Assembly: GCA_963828385.1 (NCBI GenBank)
Contig: CAWHEF010000002.1
Span: forward strand, 2,687,198 to 2,751,197
Reading direction: 5' to 3'
DNA: 64,000 nt
Source: an uncultured Acidimicrobiaceae bacterium
Lineage (GTDB): Bacteria > Actinomycetota > Acidimicrobiia > Acidimicrobiales > RAAP-2
This document shows, one piece after another, positions 50,177-60,089 of this stretch. Within the stretch, counting starts at the first letter, position 1; each line of letters begins with the position of its first letter. A program made the position numbers and the translations under genes. The notes beneath the pieces are model-generated. The model made no database searches. It saw only the letters and a program-made list of their open reading frames with translations, and was not told where the DNA came from.

Positions 50177-51741
50177 TGCCGGAAGTGGCGCTCGCCACCT
50201 GCCATGACCATGGCGATCCCCGCCGCGTCGGCGGCGGCGATCACCTCGTCGTCGCGGATCGATCCTCCCGGCTGGACGACAGCCGCTACGCCGGCGTCGG
50301 CCAGCACTTCCAGGCCGTCGGGGAAGGGGAAGAAGGCATCGCTCGCCGCCGCTCCCCCCCGAGCCCGTTCACCCGCCTTGGACACGGCGAGCTCGGCAGC
50401 CACCACCCGGGACTGCTGGCCCGCACCCACCCCGACCGCCTGGGCGTCCCGGACCACGGAAATGGCGTTCGAGGTGGTCCTGGCGCATACCACCCACGCC
50501 ATCGTGAGGTCGCGCCACTGATCCTCTGTCGGCCACTGTGCCGTCGCCACCGTCCAGCTGTCGCGGGAGGCGAGGAAGCGGTCGGCGTCCTGGACGAGCA
50601 CGCTGTTGCCGAGTGAGCGGAACTGCCGGACCACCGGCTCGGCTGGCGGGGCGGACAAGAGGCGCGTGGCCTTGCGTCGGGACATGAGCGAAGCCAGCGC
50701 GTCGTCGTCGTAGGAGGCGGCGATGATCACGTCTGCCTGCGGACCGGCGGCGATGGCATCGGCCACGACCGACGTGACAACTCCGCCAACGGCAACGATC
50801 CCACCGAATGCCGACTGAGGATCGCATTCGAGTGCCCGCTCGTAAGCGCGGGGCAGCTCGGTGTCGACGGCGGCTCCGCACGGGTTGGCGTGCTTGATGA
50901 TGGCCACCGCACAGCCGGCGCCCGCATCGGAGGTCAGCTCGTGGACGAGGCGCCAGGCGGCGTCGGCGTCGAAGACGTTCAGGTACGAGAGCTCCTTGCC
51001 CCCGTGCTGGACGACCTCGTCCCACCAGGAATGCTGGCCGACGATCCGGTAGCGGGCCCCGTGCTGGTGCGGGTTCTCCCCGTACCGCATGGAGCTTGCC
51101 CGCTCCAGCGAGAGGTGGAGGGAGGGGAGCAGCAGGGAGGCCTCGTCGAAGGCCCGGGCGCCGGCCTCGGCGCTGTGCTCGTCCAGGTCGGGCTCGATCT
51201 CGTCGAGCCAGTCGACGATGGCGGCGTCGTACCCGGCCGTGTGGGCGAACGCCTTGCGGGCCAGGCGTCGCCGGGTGTCGGCCGAGAGTGACCCGTCGCC
51301 GCGGAGCTCGTCGAGGACGGCGCCGTACTCGGCCGGGTCGACCACCACCCCCACATGGTCGTGGTTCTTCGCCGCCGCCCTGACCATGGTGGGGCCACCG
51401 ACGTCGATGAGCTCCACCGATGGCTCGGACGTGAACGGGTACAGGTTGCAGACAACGAGATCGATGAGACCGATTCCCAACCGGTCGAGCACGTCCAGGT
51501 GATCGGGCTTCGAGCGATCGGCGAGGATGCCACCGTGGATGGCCGGATGGAGGGTTTTGACCCGGCCGCCGAGCATCTCGGGGGCGCCGGTCACGTCGGC
51601 CACCTCGGTGTGGTCGATCCCGGCGGTGGTCAGGGCGGCGGACGTCCCCCCGGACGAGATCAGCTCCCACCCCAGGTCGGAGAGGCCCTGGGCCAGCTCG
51701 ACGAGCCCGGTCTTGTCGTAGACCGACAGCAGTGCCTTCAT
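50173..51741 (-). CDS. purH: Bifunctional AICAR formyltransferase/IMP cyclohydrolase
   Basis: [35 protein letters not shown], and C-terminal [34 protein letters not shown] at 51741 within a longer ORF. Confidence 0.93.
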   Translation of the reverse strand: MKALLSVYDKTGLVELAQGLSDLGWELISSGGTSAALTTAGIDHTEVADVTGAPEMLGGRVKTLHPAIHGGILADRSKPDHLDVLDRLGIGLIDLVVCNLYPFTSEPSVELIDVGGPTMVRAAAKNHDHVGVVVDPAEYGAVLDELRGDGSLSADTRRRLARKAFAHTAGYDAAIVDWLDEIEPDLDEHSAEAGARAFDEASLLLPSLHLSLERASSMRYGENPHQHGARYRIVGQHSWWDEVVQHGGKELSYLNVFDADAAWRLVHELTSDAGAGCAVAIIKHANPCGAAVDTELPRAYERALECDPQSAFGGIVAVGGVVTSVVADAIAAGPQADVIIAASYDDDALASLMSRRKATRLLSAPPAEPVVRQFRSLGNSVLVQDADRFLASRDSWTVATAQWPTEDQWRDLTMAWVVCARTTSNAISVVRDAQAVGVGAGQQSRVVAAELAVSKAGERARGGAAASDAFFPFPDGLEVLADAGVAAVVQPGGSIRDDEVIAAADAAGIAMVMAGGERHFRH

Positions 51742-52388
51742 GGCGAGACCTCCGATCGCGATCCGGTCCCCCGCTCGTCTGCCGTCGCCAGGTCGTCGAC
51801 GAAGCGGGCGATGGCCTCGGGATAGAGCCTCCGCTCGACCACCTTGATCCGCTCGTGCAGGGTCTCCTCGGTGTCGTCCGGTCGCACTTCGACGGCAGTC
51901 TGGGCCAGCACCGGACCGGCGTCCATCTCGAGGGTGGCGATATGCACCGTCGTCCCCGTCTCTCGGACCCCTGCGGCCAGTGCATCGGTGACGGCGTGCC
52001 ACCCGGGGAACGCCGGAAGGAGGGCGGGATGCGTGTTGAGGATCCGGCCGGGGAAGGCGGCGTGCACGGCCTGGCCCAGCACGGTGCCGAACCCGGCCAT
52101 CGCCACCACGTCGATGGCGCCATCGACCAGCGACCGCGTCAGGTCCTCCGTGTAGCGCTCGCGGTCGAACGACGGGCCGAACCCTCCATAGGTTGACCGG
52201 TCGAGCAGCACATCGGGGATGCCTGCGGCCCGGGCCACGTCGATAGCCCGGCACTTCCGGTCGCAGACGACGAGCCGGACCGGCAGGCCGCTTTCGATGA
52301 TCGCCTCGAGGTTGGTCCCGCTTCCCGAGGCCAGCACCGCGATCCGCACATCGGATCGGGACTGTTCATGCTCGACCGGGGCGGACAC
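51738..52388 (-). CDS. purN: Phosphoribosylglycinamide formyltransferase
   Basis: RIAVLASGSGTNLEAI, NTHPALLPAFPG, and GTTVHIATLEMDAGPVL. The start is either GTG 52388 or GTG 52349. Confidence 0.9.
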   Translation of the reverse strand: MSAPVEHEQSRSDVRIAVLASGSGTNLEAIIESGLPVRLVVCDRKCRAIDVARAAGIPDVLLDRSTYGGFGPSFDRERYTEDLTRSLVDGAIDVVAMAGFGTVLGQAVHAAFPGRILNTHPALLPAFPGWHAVTDALAAGVRETGTTVHIATLEMDAGPVLAQTAVEVRPDDTEETLHERIKVVERRLYPEAIARFVDDLATADERGTGSRSEVSP

Positions 52389-52662
52389 AGGCGCACGCTA
52401 TCAGCGCCGCTCCCGGGCCCCGTGCGCCCCGGAGGACGGTCGGCGGGACGGCTCGTCAGCCGCCCGACGCGGGCCCGGTGGTAGCGTCCGGCGGCGAACC
52501 GGAACGACGCGGCCCGGCCGCCCTACCTTCGGCCCTGGACCGACGTCGTCCGGTCTCCCTCCGCCAAGGGAGTGCCCCTCGTACCTTCTCTATCGGCACG
52601 CCCGCGCCGTTTCCGAAGCGATAATCCTCAGTGATCCTCGGGCACCCAGCTACGGTGGCCGG

Positions 52663-53823
52663 ATGCCCAGCGCACGGCGACGGCTGGCCGCAATCCTGGT
52701 GTCCGCCACCGGCCTCGTTCTGGCGTGCGCCGGATGCTCCAGCTCCTCGAGCTCGACGGAGTCGCCCGGCGCTCAGCTCACCAGTGCGCTGCGGGGCCTG
52801 GTGACGATGCCCGGAGGACCGCCGGGCGCGATCGCCCTGGTCCAGAAAGGCGCCCCCCCGCAGGTGACCACGGCCGGCGTGGCCGACGTGGCTACGAGAG
52901 CGGGCGTCACCGACACCGACTACATGCGGCTGGCGAGTGTGTCGAAGGCCTACAACGGTGCCGTGGCCCTGTCGCTCGTCCAGAAGGGAACGCTGTCGCT
53001 CTCCGACACCATCGGGAAGCGCGTTCCGGGCATGCCCCAGGCGTGGAGCGCGGTCACGCTCGCTCAGCTGCTCCACCACACGAGCGGGCTCCCCGACTAC
53101 ACGAAGAACCCAGCCTTCGTGAGTGCCCTGACTGCCGATCCGCTGGCCACTTTCACCCCCCAACAGCTCGTGGGCTACGTGGCCAACGACCCGCTCCACT
53201 TCACGCCGGGGTCTCGCTACGAGTATTCGGACACCGACAACATCGTGGTCGGTCTGATGGTCGAGGCCACGACCGGTCAGCCCTATGCGTCGGCGCTGTC
53301 AGCCGAGGTCTACCAACCCCTCTCCCTCACCCACACGAGCCTGCCCGACACCCCGGCCATGCCTGAGCCCACATTGCGGGGCTACGCGGTGGAGAAGGGC
53401 AACCCTCCCCAAGATGTCACCTCGGCGTTGAGCCCGTCGGGGGCGTGGGCCTCGGGGGGCATGGTGACGACCCCGGCCGAGCTGAACATGTTCATGCGGG
53501 CCTATGTCGGGGGGCGCCTGTTCGGGTCGAGCGTCCGGCGGGAGCAGCGGAACTTCGTAGCCGGTTCGTCGGGACCCCCGGGGCCGGGGACGAACGCCGC
53601 CGGGCTCGCCGTCTTCCGCTACCAAACACGGTGCGGAACGGTCTACGGCCACACCGGGAACTTCCCGGGCTACACCATCTTCGCAGCGGCCACGTCCGAC
53701 GGGAGCCGTTCGGTGGTGGTCGCCGTGAACACCCAGTTGAACGACACCGCGCCGGTGTCGGCGGCGTTCACCGCGCTGCGGAACACGGAGACACTTGCCG
53801 TCTGCGCCGCCCTGGCGCCCTGA
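52663..53823 (+). CDS. Serine hydrolase (class C beta-lactamase/D-Ala-D-Ala carboxypeptidase family) lipoprotein
   Basis: Lipobox LVLACAGC. SxxK motif ASVSKAY, YSDTDN, and HTGNFPGY. ATG at 52663 within ORF 52219-53823. Confidence 0.8.
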   Translation: MPSARRRLAAILVSATGLVLACAGCSSSSSSTESPGAQLTSALRGLVTMPGGPPGAIALVQKGAPPQVTTAGVADVATRAGVTDTDYMRLASVSKAYNGAVALSLVQKGTLSLSDTIGKRVPGMPQAWSAVTLAQLLHHTSGLPDYTKNPAFVSALTADPLATFTPQQLVGYVANDPLHFTPGSRYEYSDTDNIVVGLMVEATTGQPYASALSAEVYQPLSLTHTSLPDTPAMPEPTLRGYAVEKGNPPQDVTSALSPSGAWASGGMVTTPAELNMFMRAYVGGRLFGSSVRREQRNFVAGSSGPPGPGTNAAGLAVFRYQTRCGTVYGHTGNFPGYTIFAAATSDGSRSVVVAVNTQLNDTAPVSAAFTALRNTETLAVCAALAP

Positions 53824-53866
53824 TCAGGTCGGCGGGGCAGAGCCCTCCGGGGTCGGGGCGCACCGA

Positions 53867-54568
53867 TCAGGCTCCGAGCGAGCGGAGCAGCCCCTCGTCG
53901 AAGGCCGTCAGCGAGGCGATGACGGCGTCGCAGAAGCCCCACCGCTCCGACGAGGCCGTCGACGGCTCGGGAACGGCGACCACCCGCATGCGTGCCGCCC
54001 GGGCCGAGATGGCGCCGTTGAACGAGTCCTCGACGGCCACACAGGACGTCGGATCCACGCCGAGGGCGGTGGCCGTCGACAGGTACGTGCCCGGATGGGG
54101 CTTGCCGAAGGGCTCCCACTCGGCCGAACGCCACGCCGCCACATCGGAGGCGATACCCAGACGGGCGAGGGCGGCCTCGATGACCACGGCGTAGGAGCCC
54201 GAGCACACGCCGACCGGCAGGCCGAGCCGCCGGCACATGGCGACGGCGTCGAGAGCCCCGGGCATGGGCACACCCCGCTCACCGATGAGCTGGACCACCC
54301 TCGCCGTGACGGCGCGCTCGACCTCTGCCGGGGCCATCCCCGGCCAGCCGTACCGCTCCCACCAGTGCCGCACGGCATCGTCGATCCGGAGCCCCATCGT
54401 CTGGCGAAGCTCGGCCTCGGTCAGGTGCAGCCCCACGGTGGCGAACACCTCGAGCTCGGCCTGCCGCCAGAACGGCTCCGAGTCGATGAGCAGGCCGTCG
54501 AGGTCGAAGACGACGGCGTCGACGGGGTGACCCCCGAGGGCGTCGGCCGAGGGAACGCCGATGCTCAG
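53867..54568 (-). CDS. HAD-IA family phosphatase (beta-phosphoglucomutase/hexitol-phosphatase-like)
   Basis: Motif [14 protein letters not shown], motif II GVCSGS, KPHPGTY, and VEDSFNG. No in-frame ATG/GTG/TTG lies near the N-terminus. The CTG at 54568 forms a CTGA overlap with the sucD stop, so the start is unresolved. Confidence 0.7.
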   Translation of the reverse strand: MSIGVPSADALGGHPVDAVVFDLDGLLIDSEPFWRQAELEVFATVGLHLTEAELRQTMGLRIDDAVRHWWERYGWPGMAPAEVERAVTARVVQLIGERGVPMPGALDAVAMCRRLGLPVGVCSGSYAVVIEAALARLGIASDVAAWRSAEWEPFGKPHPGTYLSTATALGVDPTSCVAVEDSFNGAISARAARMRVVAVPEPSTASSERWGFCDAVIASLTAFDEGLLRSLGA

Positions 54569-55457
54569 CCGAGCTTCCGGACGACGTCGACCATGGCCTC
54601 GCCCGCCTCGGTCGGGTTGAGGGCGACCGTCACCCCGGCCGAGGACAGGGCATCCATCTTGGCCTGAGCCGTTCCCTTCGAGCCGGAGATGATGGCGCCG
54701 GCATGGCCCATCTTGCGGCCGGGCGGGGCCGTCACGCCGGCGATGTAGGACACGACGGGCTTGGTCATCGATGAGCCGATGAACGCGGCCGCCTCCTCCT
54801 CTGCCGAGCCGCCGATCTCGCCGATCATCATGATGGCCCTGGTGTCGTCGTCGGCCTCGAAGGCCTCGAGGCAGTCGATGAAGCTGGTGCCGGGGACCGG
54901 GTCGCCCCCGATGCCGACGCAGGTCGTCTGACCCACGCCCTGCTGGGAGAGCTCGTGGAGTGCCTGGTAGGTGAGGGTGCCCGACCGGCTCACGATGCCC
55001 ACGGGACCGCCGGCCATGGCGATGTCCCCCGAGGTGATCCCGATGTTGCACTTGCCCGGCGAGATGATGCCCGGGCAGTTGGGACCGAGCAGCCGCGTGC
55101 CGGGATGATCTCGTACGAGCCGGTTGTAGGCCAGTCGCCTCGTCCTGGGCCGGGATGCCCTCGGTGATGCACACCACGAAGGGCACGCCGGCGGCGGCGG
55201 CCTCGATGATGGCGTCGGCGGCGAACCTCGGCGGGACGGAGATGAACGCTGGCGTTGGCCCCGGTGGCCTCCACCGCTTCGGCGACGGTGGCGAACACGG
55301 GGATGCCCTCGATCTCCTCGCCGCCCCGCTTGGGATTGGTGCCGGCCACCACCTTGGTCCCGTAGGCCCGGTTGCGCAGCCCGTGGTAGAGCCCCTGGCT
55401 GGTCGGGCTGATGCCCTGGATGACGACCTTGGTGTGCTCGTCGACGAAGATGCTCAT
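54565..55457 (-). CDS. sucD: Succinyl-CoA ligase subunit alpha (two frame breaks near 55243 and 55137)
   Basis: [22 protein letters not shown]...ATGANASV, then [36 protein letters not shown], then LAYNRLV...[13 protein letters not shown]...SRSGTLTYQ...MGHAGAII, each in a different frame. Each break is explained by one inserted base. Confidence 0.88.
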
Positions 55458-56603
55458 GACTTCCCTCCTGCCAGGGCGACGGCCCGGCGTGCGGCATCGA
55501 GCATGGTCGGCTCGGCGACCAGGCGATCGGACAGATGCTCGGCCAGGATCTCCCGGCCGGCGGCGGCGTTGGTGCCGTCCAGGCGGAGGACGATGGGCGA
55601 GTTGATCGTCCACCCGCTCGAGCGCCTCGAGCACTCCCTTGGCCACCTCGTCGACCCGGGTGATCCCGCCGAAGATGTTGACGAAGATCGACCGGACGGC
55701 CGGATCGGAGTTGATGACCTCGAGGGCGGCCGCCATCACGTCGGCGTTGGCCCCACCGCCGATGTCGAGGAAGTTGGCCGCCGTCCCGCCACACTGGTTG
55801 ACGACATCGAGCGTGCTCATGGCCAGTCCGGCCCCGTTGGCGATGATCCCGACGGTGCCTTCGAGGCCGATGTAGTTGAGACCCCGCTCCTTGGCCCTGG
55901 CCTCGCGCTCGTCCTCGATCTCGGTGCCGGCGAACTCCTCCCACTCGGGGTGGCGGAATGCGGCGTTGTCGTCCAGCGTGACCTTGGCGTCGAGGGCATG
56001 CACCCTCCCTCCGGGCATGAGGATCAGCGGGTTGATCTCGGCGAGATCGCAGTCGCCCTCCGTGTAGCAGGCATAGAGCTCGGCGAGGAGCGCCGCCGCC
56101 TGGTCGCGTGCGGCCTCGTCCAGGTCGGCCCGCTCGACCCACGCCCGGTGCTTCCACGGTCCCAGCCCGTCGACCGGGTCGACGTGGATGGTGGCGATGG
56201 CGTCCGGGTTGGTCGCCGCCACCTCCTCGATCTCCACGCCGCCCTCGGCCGACAGCATGCCCAGGTGCTTCTTGGCGCTGCGATCGAGGGTGAAGCTGGC
56301 GTAGTACTCGCGCTCGATGTCGGAGGCGTGCTCGACCCACAGCCGCTTCACGACATGGCCCTTGATGTCGAGGCCGAGGATGGTGCCGGCGTGTTTCCGG
56401 ACCTCTTCTTCGTCGGCGGCGAGCTTGACGCCTCCGGCCTTGCCCCGGCCGCCGACCTTGACCTGGGCCTTCACCACGACCGGGTAGCCGGCCGCCTCGG
56501 CCTGGTCCACGGCCTCCTCCACCGTGTCGGCGACGCCTCCCTTGGAGATCGGGATGCCGAACCGGGCGAAGTACTGCTTACCCTGATATTCGAAGAGATC
56601 CAC
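55454..56603 (-). CDS. sucC: Succinyl-CoA ligase subunit beta (one frame break near 55603)
   Basis: GTG at 56603 follows [31 protein letters not shown]...[11 protein letters not shown]...[23 protein letters not shown], then [21 protein letters not shown]...GGKS in another frame. The stop overlaps the sucD ATG. Confidence 0.88.
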
Positions 56604-56633
56604 CGGATCCGTTTCCTTCTCTGTTGCTCTGTC

Positions 56634-56681
56634 CGTGCTGTCGGCTTGTCGTGCTCTGGCCTGTACGTGCTGTCGGCCTGT
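56634..56681. repeat. Three tandem 16-bp units in the sucC 5' leader
   Basis: cgtgctgtcggcttgt (56634-56649), cgtgctctggcctgta (56650-56665) and cgtgctgtcggcctgt (56666-56681), inside the 265-bp spacer between the B12-domain gene stop and the sucC start. Confidence 0.8.
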
Positions 56682-56868
56682 GCGGCGCCGCCCGTCGGTC
56701 TGTGGGCCGGCCGCTCCCTGGTGCACCCGGCCGGCGATGTGTCGTCCGGGCGCCGGGATCGGTCGGTGACCGCCGGTGCCCGACCGGCTGTCCGGTTGAG
56801 GTCGCTCCTGCCCAACGCGGCACCGAGCCGGCCTCGTCGGTCGGTCCGTGCCTCGTGCGATCGGTGGT

Positions 56869-57323
56869 TCAGGCGCTCTCCCCACTCTCGCGTGCGTCGA
56901 GGGCCCGGCTCAGCCAGGCGCCGATGGCCGGGAGCGGTGCCCCCGGGGTGAACACCTCGCCACGCCCATGCCCTTCAGCACCGGGATGTCGTCGGCGGGG
57001 ATGATGCCGCCCACCAGGACCAGCACGTCTCCGCGTCCCTTCTCGCCGAGGCCCTCGACGATCCGTGGGACGAGCGTGAGGTGGGCTCCTGAGAGCAGCG
57101 AGAGGCCCACGGCGTCGGCATCCTCTTCGACGACGGCCTGGACGACCTGCTCGGCGGTCTGATGCAGCCCCGTGTAGATGACCTCGAATCCGGCGTCACG
57201 CAGGGCGCGGGCGATGACCTTCGCCCCCCGATCGTGTCCGTCGAGTCCGGGCTTGGCCACCACCACTCGGTACGGGCGTTTCACGGACGGAGATACTAAG
57301 CGGTGGCGCCAGCCCCGTCCCAT
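56869..57323 (-). CDS. Stand-alone cobalamin (B12)-binding domain protein, acyl-CoA mutase small-subunit-like (one frame break near 56962)
   Basis: [43 protein letters not shown] (DxHxxG motif). After ...VLKGMGVA the natural ending [29 protein letters not shown] lies in another frame (stop at 56869). Start is ATG 57323 or GTG 57284. Confidence 0.8.
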
Positions 57324-57548
57324 CCGGCCTTCGTCGCCCGATGTGCCGGTACCGACCTCCCAGATCGTAGGATCGTGGTCCGTGGAAGCGTCATCCGGCG
57401 GCCCCCGCTCGCCCCACCTCTCCGACGAGGTCGTGCGGGGCCCCGGCGAGGCGCTCTCCTCCCCGAGTCCCCCCACCTCACCTCGGCTGGGCACCCGGTC
57501 CGGTCCTCAGCCGAGCTCCCGGCCGACGGCCCGGCCGCGGCCCCTCGA

Positions 57549-58466
57549 GTGGCACCGGTACCCGGAGCCACCATCCGGTCACAGCTCAGAGGGATGATGG
57601 CCGTCTCACGCCCCCGGCAGTGGGTCAAGAACGTCCTCGTCTTCGTGGCACCGGCGGCGGCGGGGGTTCTCCTCCACTGGACCGTCCTCTGGCACGCCCT
57701 GGCCATCTTCGGGATCTTCTGCGTGGCGGCGTCGGGCACCTACTTCTTGAACGACGCCATCGACGCCGAAGCCGACCGGCAGCACCCCACCAAGCGGTTC
57801 CGCCCCATCGCGTCGGGGGTGGTAGCAGTGCCCACCGCCCTCGTCATCGGCTCGGTGCTGCTGGCCGTCTCGGTCGGCCTCGCCCAGTGGCTCGCCGGCT
57901 GGCACCTGGTGGTGGTCATGGTCGCCTACGGAGTCATCAACGTGGCCTACTGCCTCGGGCTCAAGCACGAGCCGATCCTCGACCTGGCCGCCGTCTCCGC
58001 CGGCTACGTCCTGCGTGCGGTGGCCGGCGGAGAGGCCACCGGGGTGATCCTCACCGACTGGTTCCTCATCGTCGCCCTGTTCGGATCCCTGCTCGTCGTG
58101 ACCGGGAAACGCTCGGGTGAGCAGCAGCTGCTCGACGATGAGAACGTCGAGCACGGTGCCGTCCGCCAGACGCTGACCCTCTATACGCCGACCTTCCTCC
58201 GGTCCGTACGAATCCTGGCCGGCGCAGTGACCATGACCGCGTACTGCCTGTGGGCATTCGACCGTGCCTCGGCTCTCCATTCCGGACGTGATCCGATCTG
58301 GTTCCAGCTCTCCATCGTCCCCTTCACCGTCGCCCTGCTCCATGTCATCCGCCTCCTCGATCTGGGGCAGGGAGCCAAGCCCGAGGACCTGGCCTTGAGA
58401 GACCACCGCCTCCAGATCTACGGCGTGGTCTGGGTCGGGCTGTTCATCGCCGGCGTCTACGCGTGA
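57549..58466 (+). CDS. Decaprenyl-phosphate phosphoribosyltransferase (UbiA family, Rv3806c-like)
   Basis: RPRQWVKNVLVFVAP, the UbiA Asp-rich motif YFLNDAIDAEADRQHPTKRFRPIASG, and multiple TM helices. The start is GTG 57549 or ATG 57594; the ORF opens at 57303. Confidence 0.85.
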   Translation: MAPVPGATIRSQLRGMMAVSRPRQWVKNVLVFVAPAAAGVLLHWTVLWHALAIFGIFCVAASGTYFLNDAIDAEADRQHPTKRFRPIASGVVAVPTALVIGSVLLAVSVGLAQWLAGWHLVVVMVAYGVINVAYCLGLKHEPILDLAAVSAGYVLRAVAGGEATGVILTDWFLIVALFGSLLVVTGKRSGEQQLLDDENVEHGAVRQTLTLYTPTFLRSVRILAGAVTMTAYCLWAFDRASALHSGRDPIWFQLSIVPFTVALLHVIRLLDLGQGAKPEDLALRDHRLQIYGVVWVGLFIAGVYA

Positions 58467-60089
58467 CACGAGTGCCGGCCGACCGCGCCGGAGCCGTCGA
58501 CCCTGAAGAGACCCCCTCCGTCCTCACCGGATGGGGGCGGACCGCCCCTTCGGCCTCGTCCGTCGTCCACGCCGTCCACCCCGACGTGGTCGCCCGGGCC
58601 GTGGCCAGCGCGGTCAGAGGCCGACGGCACCGGTCGTCGCGGGCTGATCGCCCGCGGGCTCGGGCGCAGCTACGGGGACGCCGCCCAGAACGCCGGCGGT
58701 GCGGTCGTGGACGCCACGTGGTTGGACGGCATCCACGCCGTCGACTTGGAGCGCGGCCTGGTGACGGTGGGCGCCGGTGTCAGCCTCGAGACGCTGATGG
58801 CGCGGTTCATCCCGCTCGGCTGGTTCGTGCCGGTCACACCGGGCACCCGCCTGGTCACGGTGGGGGGAGCGATCGCCGCCGACGTCCACGGCAAGAACCA
58901 CCACGTCGACGGCAGCTTCTGCTCCCACGTGCGAGAGCTGGTCCTCGTCACTCCGACGGGGACCGTCACCGTGTCACCGGCGTCCGACCCCGATGCGTTC
59001 TGGGCCACGGCCGGTGGCATGGGGCTGACCGGGGTGGTGACGAGGGCCACCATCGAGATGATCCCGATCGAGTCGAGCTACATCCTCGTCGACACCGAGC
59101 GGGCACCCGACCTCGACACCGTGATGGAGAAAATGCTCACCGGCGATGCCGACTACCGGTACTCGGTCGCCTGGATCGACTGCCAGACGACCGGGCGTCA
59201 TCTCGGTCGCTCCGTTCTCACCAGGGGCGATCACGCCGCGCTCGCCGACCTGCCTCTGCGGCTTCGACGAACGCCGGGGAAGGCCCGGGCGTTCGTGCCC
59301 CGGCAGCTCGCCCGGGTCCCGTTCACCGCCCCGGGTGGCCTCTTGAACCCGTTGACGGTTGGGGCGTTCAACGAGTTCTGGTACCGGAAGGCCCCGGCAT
59401 CCGAGACGGTCCGGCCTCACCACCTGACCGGCTTCTTCCACCCGCTCGACTTCGTGGGTGGTTGGAACCGACTGTACGGGCCGCGGGGGTTCCTCCAGTA
59501 CCAGTTCGTCGTGCCCGACAATCAGAGCGAGACCGTCCGAACCGTCATCGAACGCCTTGCCGAGGTCAGGCTGGCCAGTTTCCTCGCCGTGCTCAAGCGA
59601 TTCGGGCCGGGCGACCCGGGCCCGCTCTCGTTCCCGATGCCGGGATGGACCCTCGCCCTCGACCTACCCGTCGGCTACCACGACCTCGACCGGCTCCTCG
59701 ACGGGCTCGACGAGGTCGTCATCGGGGCCGGTGGCCGCATCTATCTGGCCAAGGACTCCCGCCTGTCCCCGGACGCGTTCGGAGCCATGTACCCGAGGGT
59801 CGACGAATTCCTCGACGTCAAGGCAAGGCTCGATCCCGACGGGGTTCTCCGTTCCGACCTCGGGCGCCGGTTGGGTCTGTGCTCTGACGTGCCGGCCGCG
59901 GTCACCGCCGCCAAGCACAAGGCGAAAAAACCGAAGAGGGCACGACCGCCACGCACACCGGGAGCAGCGACGAAGGCCCGGAAGGGCACGAAATCGGCGA
60001 CCGCCACGCGCAAGCCACCGGCTCGGAAGAAGCCGGCGGCGGCCTCCACCTCGAACGAACGATCCGACCGACAACGAAGAGGACCATGA
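58463..60089 (+). CDS. dprE1: Decaprenylphosphoryl-beta-D-ribose oxidase (FAD-dependent) with a basic C-terminal tail (one frame break near 58615)
   Basis: GTGA overlap with the upstream gene. LTGWGRTAPSASSVV...ARAVASA in one frame, then GLIARGLGRSYGDAAQNAGG...GTRLVTVGGAIAADVHGKNHH...YLAKDSRL in the frame of ORF 58707-60089. The tail is KHKAKKPKRARPPRTPGAATKARKG... Confidence 0.88.

Noticed and set aside
52389-52662. Possible ZTP (pfl) riboswitch upstream of purN-purH-folD
   Set aside because: The minus strand contains CTACCACCGGG, but no partner GGTGG stem and no CCGCCTGGGC 3' pseudoknot element. It does not fit the motif as I recall it. An Infernal scan with RF01750 would be decisive.
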